Assembly (NCBI RefSeq): GCF_009914755.1
Contig: NC_060947.1
Length of the DNA: 64,000 nt
Origin: the human T2T-CHM13v2.0 reference genome, Homo sapiens
Reading direction: 5' to 3' (one strand)
Each line of letters opens with the position of its first letter. Position 1 is the first letter of the stretch. The position numbers and the translations under genes were made by a program. The notes beneath the pieces are model-generated. The model searched no databases and had not been told where the DNA came from. It saw nothing but the letters and a program-made list of their open reading frames with translations. Positions 29,668 to 44,900 of this stretch are shown piece after piece.

Positions 29668-32600
29668 TTTTAAATTTTTATTTATTTGACTTTTTAATTT
29701 TAGATGTATATATTTATGGGGTAAATGAGATGTTTGATACAGGCATGCAATGTGAAATAATCACATCATGGAGAATGGAGTATCTATCCCCTCAAGCATT
29801 TATTCTTTGTGTTATTACAAACAATCCAATTACACTATTTTAGTTATTTTGAAATGTACAATTAAGTTAGTATTGACTATAGGCACCCTGTTGTGCTATC
29901 AAATACTAGGTCTTATTCATTCTTTCTGACTATTTTTGTACCCATTTACCACCTTCACTTCCCCTGCACCCCCACACCACCTTTTCCAGCCTCTAGTAAC
30001 AAACCATCTACTCGGTATCTCCATGGGTTCAATGGTTTTAATTTTTAGTTCCCACAAATAAAAGAGAACGTGCAATGCTTGTCTTTCTGTGCCTGGCTTA
30101 TTTCGCTTAACATAATGATCTCCAGTTCCACCCATGTTGTTGCAAATGACTGGATCTCATTTTTTATGCCTGAATAGTACTCCATTGTGTATATGCACCA
30201 CATTTTTTGTATCTATTCATCTGTTGATGGACACTTAGGTGGCTTCGAAATCTTGGCAATCTTGGCAATTGTGAACAGTGCTGCAACAAACATGGGAATG
30301 CAGATATTTATTTGATATACTTATTCCCTTCTTTTGGGTATATATCCAGCAGTGGGATTGCTGGATCATATGGTAGCTCTATTTTTAGCTTTTTGAGGAA
30401 CCTTCAAACTTTTCTCCAGAGTGATTGTACTAATTTACATTCCTGCCAACTTTGTATGAGGGTTCACTTTTCACCACATTCTTACCAGCATTTGTTATTG
30501 CCTGTCTTTTGCATATAAGCCATTTTAACTGGAGTGAGATGGTATCACATTGAAGTTTTCATTTGCATTTCTCTGATGACCAGTGACGTTGGCCACCTTT
30601 TCATGTGCCTGTTTGCCATTTGTATGCCTTCTTTTGATAAATGTTTTCAAATTTTTTGCACATTTTTTCAATTGGATTATTCAATTTTTTGTATAGAGTT
30701 CTTTGAACTTCGCTTATATTTTGCTTATTAATCCCTTGTCAGATGGGTGGTTTGCAAATATTTTCTCCCATTCTGTGGGTTTTCCCTTCATATTGTTAAT
30801 TGTTTCTTTTGCTGTGCAAAAGCTTTCTAACTTGATGTGATCCAATTTGTCCATTTTTGCTTTGGTTGCCTGTGCTTCTGGTGTATTACACAAGAATTTT
30901 TGCCCAGACCAATGTCCTGAAGATTTTCCCCATTGTTTTCTTGTAGTAGTTTTATAGTTTGAAGTATTAGATTTAAGTCTTTAATCCATTTTTATTTGAT
31001 TTTTGTATATGGCAAGAGGGTCTAGTTTCATTCTTCTGCATATGGATATCCAGTTTTCCCAGCACCATTTATTGAAATGATTGTCTTCTCCCCAGTGTAT
31101 GCTCTTGGCACCTCTATCAAAAATGAGTTCACTGTAAGTGTGTGAATTTTTTTCTGGGTTTTCTATTCTTTTCCTTTGGTCTATGCATCTGTTTATATGC
31201 CAGTACCATGCTGTTTTGGTTACGATAGCTCTGTAGTATAATTTGAAGTCAGGTAATGTGATTTCTTCAGTTTTGTTCTTTTTGCTTAAGACAGAGTCAT
31301 GGTTATTGTGGGTCTTTTCTTGTTTCATATGAATTTTATAATTTTTTCTATTTCTGTGAAGAGTATCATTGACATTTTGATAGGGATTGCATTGAATGTG
31401 CAGATTTCCTTGGGTAGTATGGACATTTTACCAATATTTATTCTTCCAATTTATGCACATGGAATACTTTTCCATTTTTTGGTGTCCTCTTTAATTCTTT
31501 CATCAGTATTTTATAGTTTTCATTATAGAGATCTTTCTCTTCTTTGGTTAATACCTAGATATTTAATTTTATTTGTGGCTATTGTAAATGGAATTACTTT
31601 TTAAATTTCTTTTTCAGATTGTTCACTGTTGGCATATAGAAATGCTACTGATTTTTGTATGTTTATTTTGTATATGCAATTTTACTGAATTTGTTTATCA
31701 GTTCTAGTAGTTTTTTGGTAGAGTATTTAGTATTTTCCAAACAAAAGATAATATCATCTGCAAACAAGGATAATTTGACTTCTTCCATTCTATTTGGATG
31801 CCCTTCAATTTTTTCTTTTGTCTGATTGCTCTAGCTAGGACATCCAGTACTATGTTGAATAACAGTGGTAAAAGTGGGCATCCTTGTTGTGCTCCAGATG
31901 TTAGAGAAAATGCTTTTGGTTTTTCCCCATTTAATATGATACTAGCTATGGATCTGTTGTATATGGTTTTTATTATGTTGAGGTATGTTTCTTCTTTCCC
32001 CAAGTTTTTGAGGGTTTTTATCATCAAATGATGCTAAATTTCATCAAATGGTTTTTCAGTATCAATTGAAATGATCATATGGTTTTTATCCTTCATTTTG
32101 TTGATATGATGTATTGGATTGGTTGATTTGCATGTGGTAAACCATCCTTGCATCCTAGGGATTAATCTCACTTGGACATGAAGAATGATCTTTCTAATGT
32201 CTTGTTCAATTTGATTTGCTAGTATTTTGTTAAGAATTTTCATGTCAGTATTCATCAGAGATATTGTCCTGTAGTTTTGTGTTTTTGATGTGTTTTTGTC
32301 TGGAATTGGTAGCAAGGTAATATGGCCTTATTGAATGAGTTTGAGAGTATTCTTTCCTCCTCTATTTCTTGGAATCATTTAAGTAGGATTGGCATTAGTT
32401 CTTCTTTAAATATTTGGTAGAATTCAGTGAATACACTAGGTCTTGGGCTTTTCTTTGCTGGGAGAGTTTTTATTTATGGCTTCAATCTTGTTATTTGTTA
32501 TTTGTCTATTCAGGTTTTGGATTTCTTCCTATTTCAATCTTGGTAGGTTGTACGTGTCTAGGAATTTGTCCATTTCTTCTAGTTTTTCCAACTTATTGGC

Positions 32601-35017
32601 ATATAGTTGCTCATAGTAGCCTCTAGTGATCCTTTGAATGTCTGCAGTATCAGGTGTAGTTTCCCCTTTTTCATTTCTGATTTTATTTATTTGTATTTAT
32701 TTGTATATTCTCTCTTTTTCTCTTTATCTGGCTAGAGGTTTGTCAATTTTGTTTAACTTTTCAAAAAATTAATTTTTGTTAGTTTGATCTTTTGTATTGT
32801 TTTCTTTGATTCTATTTATTTCTGCTCTGGTCTTTATTATTTCTTTTCTTCCACTAATTTTGGGTTTGATTTCCTCTTGTTTTTCTGGTTCTTTAAGATG
32901 CATTGTTAGATTGTTTATTTGAAGTTTTTCTCTTTTTTTATGTAGGCACTTACAGCTATCAACTTTTTTCTTAGTACTGCTTTTGCTGTATCCCAAAGGT
33001 TTTGGTATGTTGTGTTTTCATTATCATTTGTTTCAATAAATTTTTAGATTTTTGTATTAATTTCTTCACCTACTGGTTATTAAGCAGCATATTGTTTAAT
33101 TTACACATATTTTAATAATTTCCAAAACTCCTCTTGTTATTAATTTCCAGTTTTATTTCATTGTGGTTAGAGAAGATGCTTGAAATTATTTCAATGTTTA
33201 AAATTTTTAAGTCTCATTTTGTTACCTACCATATGGTCTATCTTTTAGAATTATCCATGTGCTGAGAAAAAAATTTGTATTCTGCAGCCATTAAATTAAA
33301 AGTCCTGTAAAAATATCTATTAGACCTATTTGGTCCATAGTGCAGATTAAGCCTAATGTTTCTTTGTTGATTTTCTGTCTGGAAGATCGATCCAATGCTG
33401 AAAGTGAGGTGTTGATGTCCCCAGCTATTATTGTATTAGACCTATGTCTGTCTGTAGTTCTAATAATGTTTGTATTATATATCTGGGCCATCCAGTGTTG
33501 GGTGCATGTATATTTAAAATTATTATATCCTCTTGCTGAATTTACACATTCATCAGTATATAGTGACGTTCTTTGGCTCTTCTTATAGTTTTTGTCTTGA
33601 AATCTATTTTGTCTGAAATAAGTATAGCAAATTCTGCTCTTTTCTGGTTTCCATTGGCATGAAATATCATTTCCATTTTTAAATTTTCAGCCCATGAGTT
33701 TCTTTATAGATAAAGTGTGTTTCTTGTGGGCAACAAATCAATGGGTCTTGTGTTTTCTCTACTCAGTCAGTTTATGTTATCTGATTGGAGAGTTTAGTCC
33801 ATTTACATTTGATGTTATCATTGATAAGCAATGTCTTACTCCTGCCATTTTGTTATTTGTTTTCTGGTTGTTTTGTGGTCTTCTTTTCCTTCTTTCTTTT
33901 CTTCCTATCTTCCTTTTTGTGAAGGTGATTTTCTCTGGTGATATAATTTAGTTTTTTGCTTTTCATTTTTTGCGCGTGTATCTATTGTACGTTTTTTGAC
34001 TTGAAGTTACCATGAAGTTTGCAAATACTATATTCCATTATATTAACCTGATAACTACTTAATATTGTTTGCATAAACAAATAAGCAAAAAGTTAACCAA
34101 TAAAGGCTCTATGCCTTAACTTTGTACCCCACTTTTTAACTTTTAGTTAAATAACTTTCTTATTATTCTGTGTATGCCTTTAATGGTTGCTGCTGTTATT
34201 ATTTTTTATTGGTTTATCATTTAGTATTTCTATTTATGATAGGAGTAGTTTACACATCAATTACGTGTTCTAATATTCTGTTTTTCTGTGTACTTACTAC
34301 TACAAGTGAGCTTTGTATCTTCAGATGATTTCTTATTGCTCATTAATGTTCTTTTCTTTCTGACTGAAGTAGTTTGTTTAACATTTATTATAGGACAGGA
34401 CTGGTGTTGCTAAAATCTCTCAGCTTTTCTTTGGGAAAATCTTTATATCTCCTTCATGTTTGAGGAATATTTTTACCAAAAATACTCTTCTAGGGTAAAA
34501 GTTTTTTTCCTTTGATGCATTAAACATGTCATGCCACTCTCTCCTGGCCTGTAAGTTTTCCACTGAAAAGTCTGCTTCCAGACTTATTGGAGTGTCATTG
34601 TATGTGATTTGTTTCTTTTCTCTTGCTTATTTTAGGATCCCTTTTTTACTGTTGATGTTTGAGAGTTTAATTATTAAATATGCTTGGGTTAAATCTGCTT
34701 GGTGTTCTATAATCTTCTTGTAATTGGATATATATATCTTTCTCTAGGTTTGGAAATTTCTCTGTAATTATCCTTTTGAGTAAGCTTTCAATCTTTATCT
34801 CTTTCCGTACCTGCTTTTTAAGGACAATAACTCTCAGATTTGCCCTTTAGAACCTATTTTCTAGATTCTGTAGATTTGTTTCACTGTTTTTTATTCTTTT
34901 CTCTTTTATCTCTGACTGTGCATTTTCAAATAGTCTGTCTTCAAGCTCACTAATACTTCCATCCAATTCATTCTGCTGTTAAATGGCTCACGCATTATTC
35001 AGTATGCCAATTGCATT
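29668..35017 (-). mobile_element. L1MA (L1MA1-3-like), 3'UTR through ORF2 into ORF1
   Basis: L1MA 3'UTR (gatacaggcatgcaatgtgaaataatcacatcatggagaatgg); minus-strand ORF2 remnants ([39 protein letters not shown]). Confidence 0.9.
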
Positions 35018-35379
35018 TTTATTTTATTTTTTATTTCCATAGGTTTTGAGGAACATGTGGTTTCTGGTTACATGAGTAATCAAAATTCTTTAGTGGTGAT
35101 TTCCAAGATTTTGGTGCACCCATCACCTGAGAAGTTTACACTGTACCAAATTTGTAGTCTTTTATCCCTCACCCCCTCCCACCATTTCCCCCATCCCCAA
35201 AGTCCACTGTATCATTCTTATGCCTTTGCATACTCATAGCTTAGCACCTAATTATGAGTGAAAACATACAATGTTTGGTTTTCCATTCCTGAGTTACTTC
35301 ACGTAGAATAATTGTCTCCAATCAATTCCGTTCAGATTGCTGGAAATGCCACTATTTTATGGCTAAACAGTAGTCCATG

Positions 35380-35456
<77 letters not shown>

Positions 35457-38400
35457 ACAATTTCTTTATCCACTCATTTGGGCTAGTTCAGTATTTTTGC
35501 AATTGCGAATTGTGCAGCTATAAACATGCATGTGCAAGTAGCTTTTTCATATAATGACTTATTTTCTTTTGGGTAGATACCCAGCAGTGGGATTGCTGGA
35601 TCAGATGGTAGTTCTACTTTTAGTACTTTAAGGAATCTCCACACCGTTTTTCATAGTGGTTTGTGCTAGTTTACTTTCCGATCAACAGTGTAAAAGTGTT
35701 CCCTTTTCACCACATCCCCACCAACAGCTATTTTTTTTTAATTTTTTGATTATGGTCATTCATGCAGGAGAAAGGTAATATCACATTGTGGTTTTGATTT
35801 GCATTTCCCTGATAATTAGTGATATTGAGCATTCTTTCATATGTTTGTTGGCCATTTGTATATCTTCTTTTGAGAATAGTCTATTCATGTCCTTAGCCCA
35901 TTTTTTGATGGGATTGTTTGTTTTTTTCTTGCTAATTTGTTTGAATTCCTTGTAGATTTTATATATTAGTTATTTGCTGGATGTATAGATTGCAAAGATT
36001 TGCTATCACTCTGTGAGTTGTCTGTTTACTCTGCTGACTGTTTCTTTTGCTGTGCAAAAAACTTTTTAGTTTCATTTAATCCCGTCTATGTATCATTGTT
36101 TTTGTTGCACTTGCTTTTGGGCTCTTGGTCATGAAGTCTTTGCCTAAGCCAATGTCTAGAAGGGTTTTTCTGATGTTATCTTCTAGAATCTTTAAGGTTG
36201 TAGGTCTTAGATTTAAGTATTTGATCAATCTTGAGTTGATTTTTGTATATGGTGAGAGATGAGGATACAGTTTCATTCTTCTACATGAGGCTTGCCAATT
36301 ATCCCAGCACTATTTGTTGAATAGGGTGTCCTTTCCCCAATTTATATTTTTATTTTCTTTGTCGAAGATCAGTTCACTGTATTTGGCTTTATTTCTGAGT
36401 TCTGTATTCTGTTCCATTGGTCTATGTGCCTATTTTTATACCAGTACCATACTGTTTTGGTAACTATGGCCTTATAGTATAGTTTGAAGTCAGGAAGTGT
36501 GATGTCTTCATATTTGTTCATTTTGCTTAGTCTTGCTTTAGCTATGTGGGGTCTTTTGTGGTTCCATATGAATTTTAGGATTTCTCTTCTGGTTCTGTGA
36601 AGAATGATGGTGGTATTTTGATGGGAATTGCATTGAATTTGTAGATTGCCTTTGTCAGTATGGTCATTTTCACAATATTGATTCTACCCATCCAGGAGCA
36701 TGGGATGTTTTTCCATTTGTTTGTGTCTTCTATGATTTCTTCTGGCAGTGTTTTGTGGTTTTCCTTGTAGAGTTCTTTCACGTCCTGGGTTAGGTATATT
36801 TCTAAGTATTTTACTTCATTGCAGCTATTGTGAAAGGGGTTGAGTTCTTGATTTAATTCTCAGCTTGGTCACTGTTGGTATATAGCAGAGCTACTGATTT
36901 GTGTACCTTAATTTTGTATCCTGAAGCTTTGCTGAATGCTTTCATCAGTTCTAGGAGGAGCTTTTTGGAGGAGTCTTTTGGGTTTCCTAGGAATATAATC
37001 ATAATAATCAGAAAACAGCAACCATTTGACTTCCTTTTTACCAATTTGGATGCCCTTTATTTCTTTCTCTTGTCTGATTTTTCTAGCTAGAATTTCCAGT
37101 AGTATGTTGAATAAAAGTGGTGAGAGTGGGCATCCTTGCCTTCTTTCACTTCTCAGAGGGAATGCTTTCAACTTTTTCCCATTCAGTATTTTGTAGGCTG
37201 TGAGTTTGTCATAGATGGCTCTTGTTACATTAAGATATGTCCCTTCTATGCTGATTTTACTGAGGGTTTTAATCATAGAGGGATTCTGGATTTTTGTCAA
37301 ATGCTTTTTCTGCATCTTTTGAAATGATCATGTCATTTTTGTTTTTAATTCTGTTTATGTGGTGCATCACATTTATTGACTTGCATATGTTAAACCAACC
37401 CTGCCTCCCTGGTATAAAACTCCCTTGATCATGATGGATTATCTTGTTGATATGCTGTTGGATTCTGTTAGCTATTACCTTGTTAAGAATTTTTCAATCT
37501 ATGTTCATCAGGGATATTGGTCTGTAGTTTTTTTTTTTGTTGTTGTTATTGTTGTTATGTTCTTTTCTGGTTTTGGTACTAGGGTAATGCTGGCTTCATA
37601 GAATGATTTAGGGAGGATTCCCTCTTTCTCTTGTGGAATAGTGTCAATAACATTGGTACTAATTTTTCTTTGAATGTCTGATAGAATTCAACTGTGAATT
37701 TATCTTTTCCTGGACTTTTTCATTGGCAATTTTTTTCATTATCATTTCAATCTCACTGCTTGTTATTGACCTCTTCATGGTTTCTCACTCTTCCTGGTTT
37801 AAGCTAGGTGGGTTGTAAGTTTCTAGGAATTTATCCATCTCCCCTAGGTTTTCTAGTTTATGCACATAATGTTGTTCACAGTAGCCTTGAATGAAATTTT
37901 GTATTTCTGTCTTGTTGGTTGTAATATCCCTCATTTTATTTCTAATTGAGCTTATTTGGATCTTCTTCTTTTCTTGGTTAATCTCAGTAATGGTCTATCA
38001 ATTTTATTTATCTTTTCAAAGAACCAGCTTTTGTTTCATTTGTCCTCTGTGTTTTTTCATTTCAATTTTATTTATTTATGCTCTAATGTTGGTTATTTCT
38101 TTTCTTCTGCTGGGTTTGGGCTTGGTTAATTCTTATTTCTCTTGTTCTTTAAGGTGTGACCTTAGATTGTCTATTTGTGCTCTTTCAGACCTTTTGATAT
38201 AGGCATTTAAGGCTTTGAACTTTCCTCTTAGCATTACCTTTGCTGTATCCCAGAGGTTTTGATAGGTTGTGTCACTATTGTTGTTCAGTTCAAATAATTT
38301 TTTAATTCCCATCTTGATTTCGTTGTTGACCCAATGATCATTCAGGGGCAGGCTATTTAATTTCCATGTATTTGGATGGTTTTGAAGGTTCCTTTTGGAG

Positions 38401-38913
38401 TTGATTTCCAATTTTATTTCACTGTGGTCTAAAAGAGTAGTTGATATAATTTCAGTTTTCTTAAATTTATTGAGACTTTTTGTGGCCTATAATATGGTCT
38501 ACTTTGGAGAATGTTTTATGCAGTAATGAATAGAATATATATTCTGAGGTTGTTGGGTAGAATGTTCTGTAAATATCTGTCAAGTCCATTTGTTCTAGGG
38601 TATAGTTTAAGTCCATTGTTTCTTTGTCGACTTTCTGTCTTGATGATCTGTCTAGTGCTGTCAGTGGAGTACTAAAGTACCCGTCTATTATTGTGTTGTT
38701 ATGTCATCTCTTAGGTCTAGTAATTATTGTTTTATAAATTTGGGATCTCCAGTGTTAGATGCATGCATATTTGGGAGTGTGATACTTTCCTGTTGGACGA
38801 GGCCTTTTATCATTATGTAATGTTCCTCTCTGGCATTTTTAACTGCCGTGGCTTTAAAGTTTGTTTTGTCTGATATAAGAATAGCTACTTCTGCTCACTT
38901 TAGATGTCCATTT
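35018..38913 (-). mobile_element. L1PB, 3'UTR to near the start of ORF2, 5' end lost
   Basis: L1PB 3' end (ttccataggttttgaggaaca...ggtgcacccatcacctgag); ORF2 remnants ([31 protein letters not shown]). Confidence 0.9.
35381..35453. repeat. (TG)n(TA)n compound microsatellite
   Basis: Directly visible. Confidence 0.95.
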
Positions 38914-41900
38914 GGTTACTTCAGGTACACCCTATGTAAATGGAGAGGATGAAGTAAAGTTATGAAGTCATCTATGGTGTACAGACTATGGAGTGTATAT
39001 GTCCTGTTATAGCTGAAGTGTGAATTGGCCTTATGTTTCCTGCCTCCAGACTCTATTTTCCTCCCTCATCTCCCCGCTGAAAGATGTGATCCCCATAAAT
39101 ATTTATGAGAGGCAGAGGGATCGATGGTATTTTTTCTGTAGCTGTCTCATGCTGGCCTGGGGTGTAGTCCTTACCTATTGGGGATCACAGAACTCACCCT
39201 GCTTTATCTAGTGGAAGCAGGGTAACTTCTTGGTGGCCAGAGGTGGTGTCTTCACTTGGAACTGGATGGAACCTTTGTTGCATAAATATCTGAAGCTTGA
39301 TGGTCTCTAGGTGAGAAAAAATAAATTTGGTTAAAATATTTAATGAGGACTTCAGGGTTGTACACCTATGCTGTCAGAAATGTTTGTTACAGAGATTTGC
39401 AGGAGAGAAAACAAAGCTTGGTTTGTTCTAGAATCTATGTGTTTTCTTAAAGTCTTAGCACAAGTGACTCCATTTTTGTTTGGTTTGGTTTGTTGGGACC
39501 TATTGCATTGGCTTAGTCCAAAACAATGGCCTCCCATAATTTTGTTTAAAAAAATCCCCTTTTTGGTCAGGTTCTCACTTAGATGAGAGATAATCAAAAC
39601 TTAGGGCCTTAGCACAACTCTGTTACCATCATTTTGGGTTTCCAGTTTCAGCACATCGTTTATGGATTATGGTGTCTTCGTGGTTGCACATTTCTTTCAA
39701 CTCCTGTTATTCCAGTTGAAGAGAGATGACATGACTTTCTAGAGATGGCTGCATGCAAGCATTTAAAACCTTTGAGAAAACACAGTGTACCAGGGAGACT
39801 ATAAATATGACTATTGGGAGGATAATATCAAGAGTTTGGAGTGTGCTTCTTATCCAACATCCCCATAAACCAAACATCCTAAAATCAAATAAATCAAAGA
39901 ATGAGCCAAATAAAGAGTTTACTCACTTGACTAGGCAATTTCTTCATCAATCCCCTACCACTGAATATCTATAATTTTCATTTGATGTATTTCTCCATAG
40001 GCCACAAGTGCCAGCAGCTGCACAGACACTTCTCTGTTTAGCCAATTCTATCATAACTTTCACAAGAGAACTTAGGGTCTATTGTGTAACTGTAGCCTTT
40101 ACAGTAGAATTTGCTATAGAACCTATCATAAGGGATACATTTCTAATCATTGCATCTTTTAATTTAAATCATAAAAAAGGACCTAACAAATGATGCCCTT
40201 TTAGAAGAGTAAGGCCTTCTGGCAATGTTCTCTTTAATCTATGATGTGGATTAGAAGGCGTGAACCAATCTTTTGTTTTTGACTGATTATGAGGCAATTC
40301 ATGTACCATTAAATCTTCTTACCTACATTGGGCCTTCATATTTTATCTATCAAAGTGTAAGTTTATCCATGTATAAGGCTGGCTGTGAACTCCTTCACAA
40401 ATAAAAGTATACCCCATAAGTGCACATAACGGACCCCTTTTCCACTTCTATTGTTCATAGAGGCATAAGTAAGACAAAATATTGAAGAATAAGAGTTTAA
40501 TGATAGTAGAAGTCTTAATCTGTGAACTTGGGAAAAGTTGTTCATATCAATGATGCCATCCTCTTCTTGGGAGAAATTTCCCTGGTTAGTTTTACCTTAA
40601 GGGTTCCAATGGGTCCACAGCTTCAAGAGCATGGAGGGACCCTTCTCAATTGTGAGATTATGAACCCAAAGTTCAAGGTCCTGAAGTTTTGTAGTAGCGT
40701 GGATGGCAAGGATAGTATTTCTCTGGTGTTTCCAGAAGATTCAGGACATAAAAAGCTTTCTTTCTTTACTTGGTGAAAATACACTGTAGCATAATAATCT
40801 ACTGTTATAACACCAGCCCTCTTGCATAGGAAAACTTTCACATAACCAGAAAACATGCATTGAAAATAACAATGAAATGAAATCCCGTTATAAAATGTTT
40901 AAATAGGTGACGAGGTGACCCAATGTACCTGAGCTTAAATTGTTTACCCAGGAATATGGGATCAAACATTGATTATAAACTATTTTAAACAATTTCAGTT
41001 TTAGCTGGTTTAATATAAAAGTATTTTCTTGATATTTAATTATTTTTCTGTTTTACTTGGGTTAGTAACTTTATACAAGAAAACTTGGTTATTTCTGTGG
41101 TTTACAATAACTTAACATAGTAGTTATAATTGTGATTGGCAGCATTTACTTAGATATTCAAATTCTATAAATCCCATACAATTTTGAAATATATATTAGT
41201 ATTATTCACAAAAATATAACCTAAAGAAGATTGAACATCATTTTGGCAATCCCACATACCTACGCATGTCAAATAATTCATTTAACTTTTTTCTGGAAGT
41301 TTTTAGGGGCCCTGTGATCCACTCAGAAAGCCAGGCATTAGACAAGACAATTTTGAAACTGAAGTTTGATTTTGGAATTCCAGGTTACCATAAATTATTT
41401 ATATTGCCAAAATGATGATGAAGAAATTTTAAAGAAGTAAAAACCTTTTACCAAAAAAACCCCACATTCTACTGTTTATACACACCTTGCATGCAAAACT
41501 GTTTCTAGTAGTCTTAATTGCATGTTACAATTGAGACTCTTAGCAATTTTAACTTTAAGGTAAAACCTGGTAGGTTATGTTCTGATAAGGTTTGACTATT
41601 TCCAACATAGCTAGAGCATGGCCAATTCCAGATGTCCCCAGGCCTTACCTAGCTGGAAAGCAGGCAAGTTAAATACTTTTCAAAAGCCAAATAAGCAGTT
41701 TATGACCTTAAAGTATTTAGGAAACTTAATATTTAAACATAATTTAGAACACATGCTTACATAATGAAGACGATTGTATTTTACCAATAATCTTTAAAAT
41801 TATTTTTATTTCCAAAAGATTGCTAAAGTCACGTGAATTAAAAAGCATTACACTTTCTAGTTTTCTGACAAAATATTTGATTTAAGCTCTTATTATTATT

Positions 41901-44900
41901 GAACCAATTAATTAAAACTTTACAGAGTAGATAAACATTGACTTTTATTTTATATTTAACCAGTTTGCAAAGAGAAAGAGGCCAGAGACTGACTGGTAAG
42001 AAATTCTTACCCTTTTGATGGCATGCCAGGTTTCTGGGTTCTCTCTCCCTGAGCAGCCCTAGTGACCCTGCTTGACTGTATGCAAACAAACACATTGCTG
42101 TGAATTAAGAATAGTCACAAATACTTTATAAATTTTGGAGAAATTAGAGAGGGAAATACGACTCAAATTCTATCTATGAAAGTATACTTAACACACTTAA
42201 ATTATCAGGAAAACTAAAATCTAAAAAGTTAATTTATAAGGATAAAAAGCTGGTATGCTCCATTAATTCCTGCAGCCCAACAAAGGTAGCTTAGGAATTC
42301 CAGATAAATGAAATGAATGATGACTTGGTAGAAATATATAGGAATAGGAAACAAAATAACTATTTACAGAACCAAATAAAAGCCTTCCACTAGAAACTAA
42401 AAAAGTATCATGGTTTTATATATATGGATACCCAAGAAAAGCCAGAGGAGAATAAACATCAAATGAATAAAAACTATAAGCAAAAACAAATAAATAGGAA
42501 ACCAACCTAAATTTTCCACTCAATTTAACCTGGAGGCTACGGTATTTGATAGGGACCCAGAAAACCTACATAATGAATATTTTATTCCTGATACACAATT
42601 CAGTATCCTTAAGCTCACTGATATTATCATACATCCTATGCAATTAAGAAATTCACTTTAGGCACATGACCAATAAGCACTCCAGCAAAACGGTAAATGC
42701 AAAATGGTAAATATAGTGTGAAGCAATGCAAGCATGTATGTGAAATTTGGCTTCACATGAAATCCAGGTTCATGCTTAACTATGTTAAAAAGAGACTTGC
42801 CAAACTGCTGATGCATTTTTACAATACTTCTTACTTTGATCAAGACTATGAGCTTTAACTATGAAAATGTTAATTAGCCATACATTTCCAATTTTTTATC
42901 AGGTTTTAAAGAATATTTTATAATTTAAACTTTTCCCACATTTTTCTCCCCTACTTAATGATACCTTACTACATTGTTTTATAAATAACTTTTTCAAATC
43001 TATAATTTGAACTTTTAGGTAACTTCTGAATTAAACAAAATTATTCTTTTTTCCATGAATAACATAACACTTTCTGGAACATTTTGTTTACAGAATGACA
43101 TGTTAACTAGAATTTTATCATTAGTAACCTAAAACTTTAGTGAAACCCCAAAAAGCAAGAAATGTTGAACTATTTGATATGGGCGTTTATAGACAAGAAC
43201 AATTCCACAATTTTAGAGACATATTTCTCCATATTATAACTCTTTCTTAATTGGAAATGACCCAGATATCAAATGAGCATTAAAAATAACTCAAAGATTT
43301 TAATTTACACAAACAGTTTACCTAAGACACTCATCCTATTCACTGTACTTAACTTTTTACTTTTAACAAAGGAGACATGAGACATCAATCAACTTATGTA
43401 AAACAAACATTGATTTGGTCTGGAAAGGTGGGACAACTCAAGGTGAGGAGGCTTGGGAACTTTCAGATCACAGGTGAGAGACAAATGGTTGCATTCTTTT
43501 GTTTCCAATTAGCTTCTGAAGGCATTTCTATTTTTATTCCACCGATAATTTTAAAGCTAGCTTGTTTAGTAAAGTGATACCTTAAGTCACATGAACTTGA
43601 AAATTGCTTAGACTTATTTACTTAATTTATGAGAGCTCTTTTACTTATAAGCCAATTTGGTAGACACAACATATAACAATAAGTGTGCATGCAAATAAAC
43701 ACATCTAGACCTGTATACACACACATAAATGAAGATCCAATAGCTTGGAACCTTAGCCATGAGATAGCAATATAAGCTTTCTGGTTTTATTTTGCCCCAA
43801 TAAATAATCCAGTGGAGGCTGAGAACCAAAATTTTGTGTAAAGCAGTCTTCATGGCAGTTTGATTTTTAAAGGCCAAACCTCCCCAGACTCCAAAGAGCC
43901 CTGGGGCCAAACAGTACCAAAGGAGGTCATCACACGTTAACCAGGCTCCCTGCTTAGAACCACAGCACAAAAGCCAGGATACATGCAAAGCCATTCCACT
44001 TTCTCATTCAACATTAAACTCCAGATTTCAAACAATGTTGGGTCTAAGAAGCATTGCAACCGTGAAAGAAAATTCTAAGGAGTGCTTAATACTAGACCTC
44101 AGAACCTCTGCCAAGAATGTTCTCTTTGGAGTGGTTGGGGTCCACAGAACCCACGGAGCGAGTTCCAAATGTCTCTGGCCTTAGGTGGGCACCACATGCA
44201 GGTCTTCCCCTCCAGAGCATACTATGGGCTTTATAAGAATAGCCATGAACTGTAATGTGAACTGGATGCTGGGTGGGCCTTTTTGTTCCTTAGCCAGTTG
44301 AGTACAATAAGGGAAGAATTCAGCACATGAAAAGGTTTAAGTTGCCTGAAACATGTGCGAGTTTGCTCTGAGCTGCGCTGCATGTAGGAATCAGGGACGG
44401 TGCTCGGAAAAGATATAAATTGCCTTTGGGACAGGGCAATTATTACCATTCATTCCTAGGTCTTCAGGCAGTACTGGGAAGTGACCCCAGCCAATTGCCC
44501 TCAATTTCCAAGGAGCTACTAGGAAACAGCCACTGAAAGACTGAAAATAAAGAGAGGAAAAAAACCATGAAAAAGACTCAGGTTCCTTAAGCTAACCGAG
44601 CAGTGGTGGTCAAGCTTCTCCACATGGAAACTCCTTAGTTTCAGTGGCCATGGCCAGAAACCTGCAGTTGCTTCTATGTTTAGGCGCTGCTCACCAAGGG
44701 TCCCAGGTTGGAAAGGAACAGAGAGGGAAAGAGATTCCCTTGTATTGGAGCAGAAAGGGAAAGAAGAAAGGAGAAGAATAAATCCCAAATTTTGGGCTTA
44801 CCTCTTCCTCCAGGCTGGCTTGCCAAAATATGTTAAAGGTGGAGGGTGTCCAGGTTCTTGGCATCTTGAACAAAGAATTGGAGAAAACACACAAACAAAG

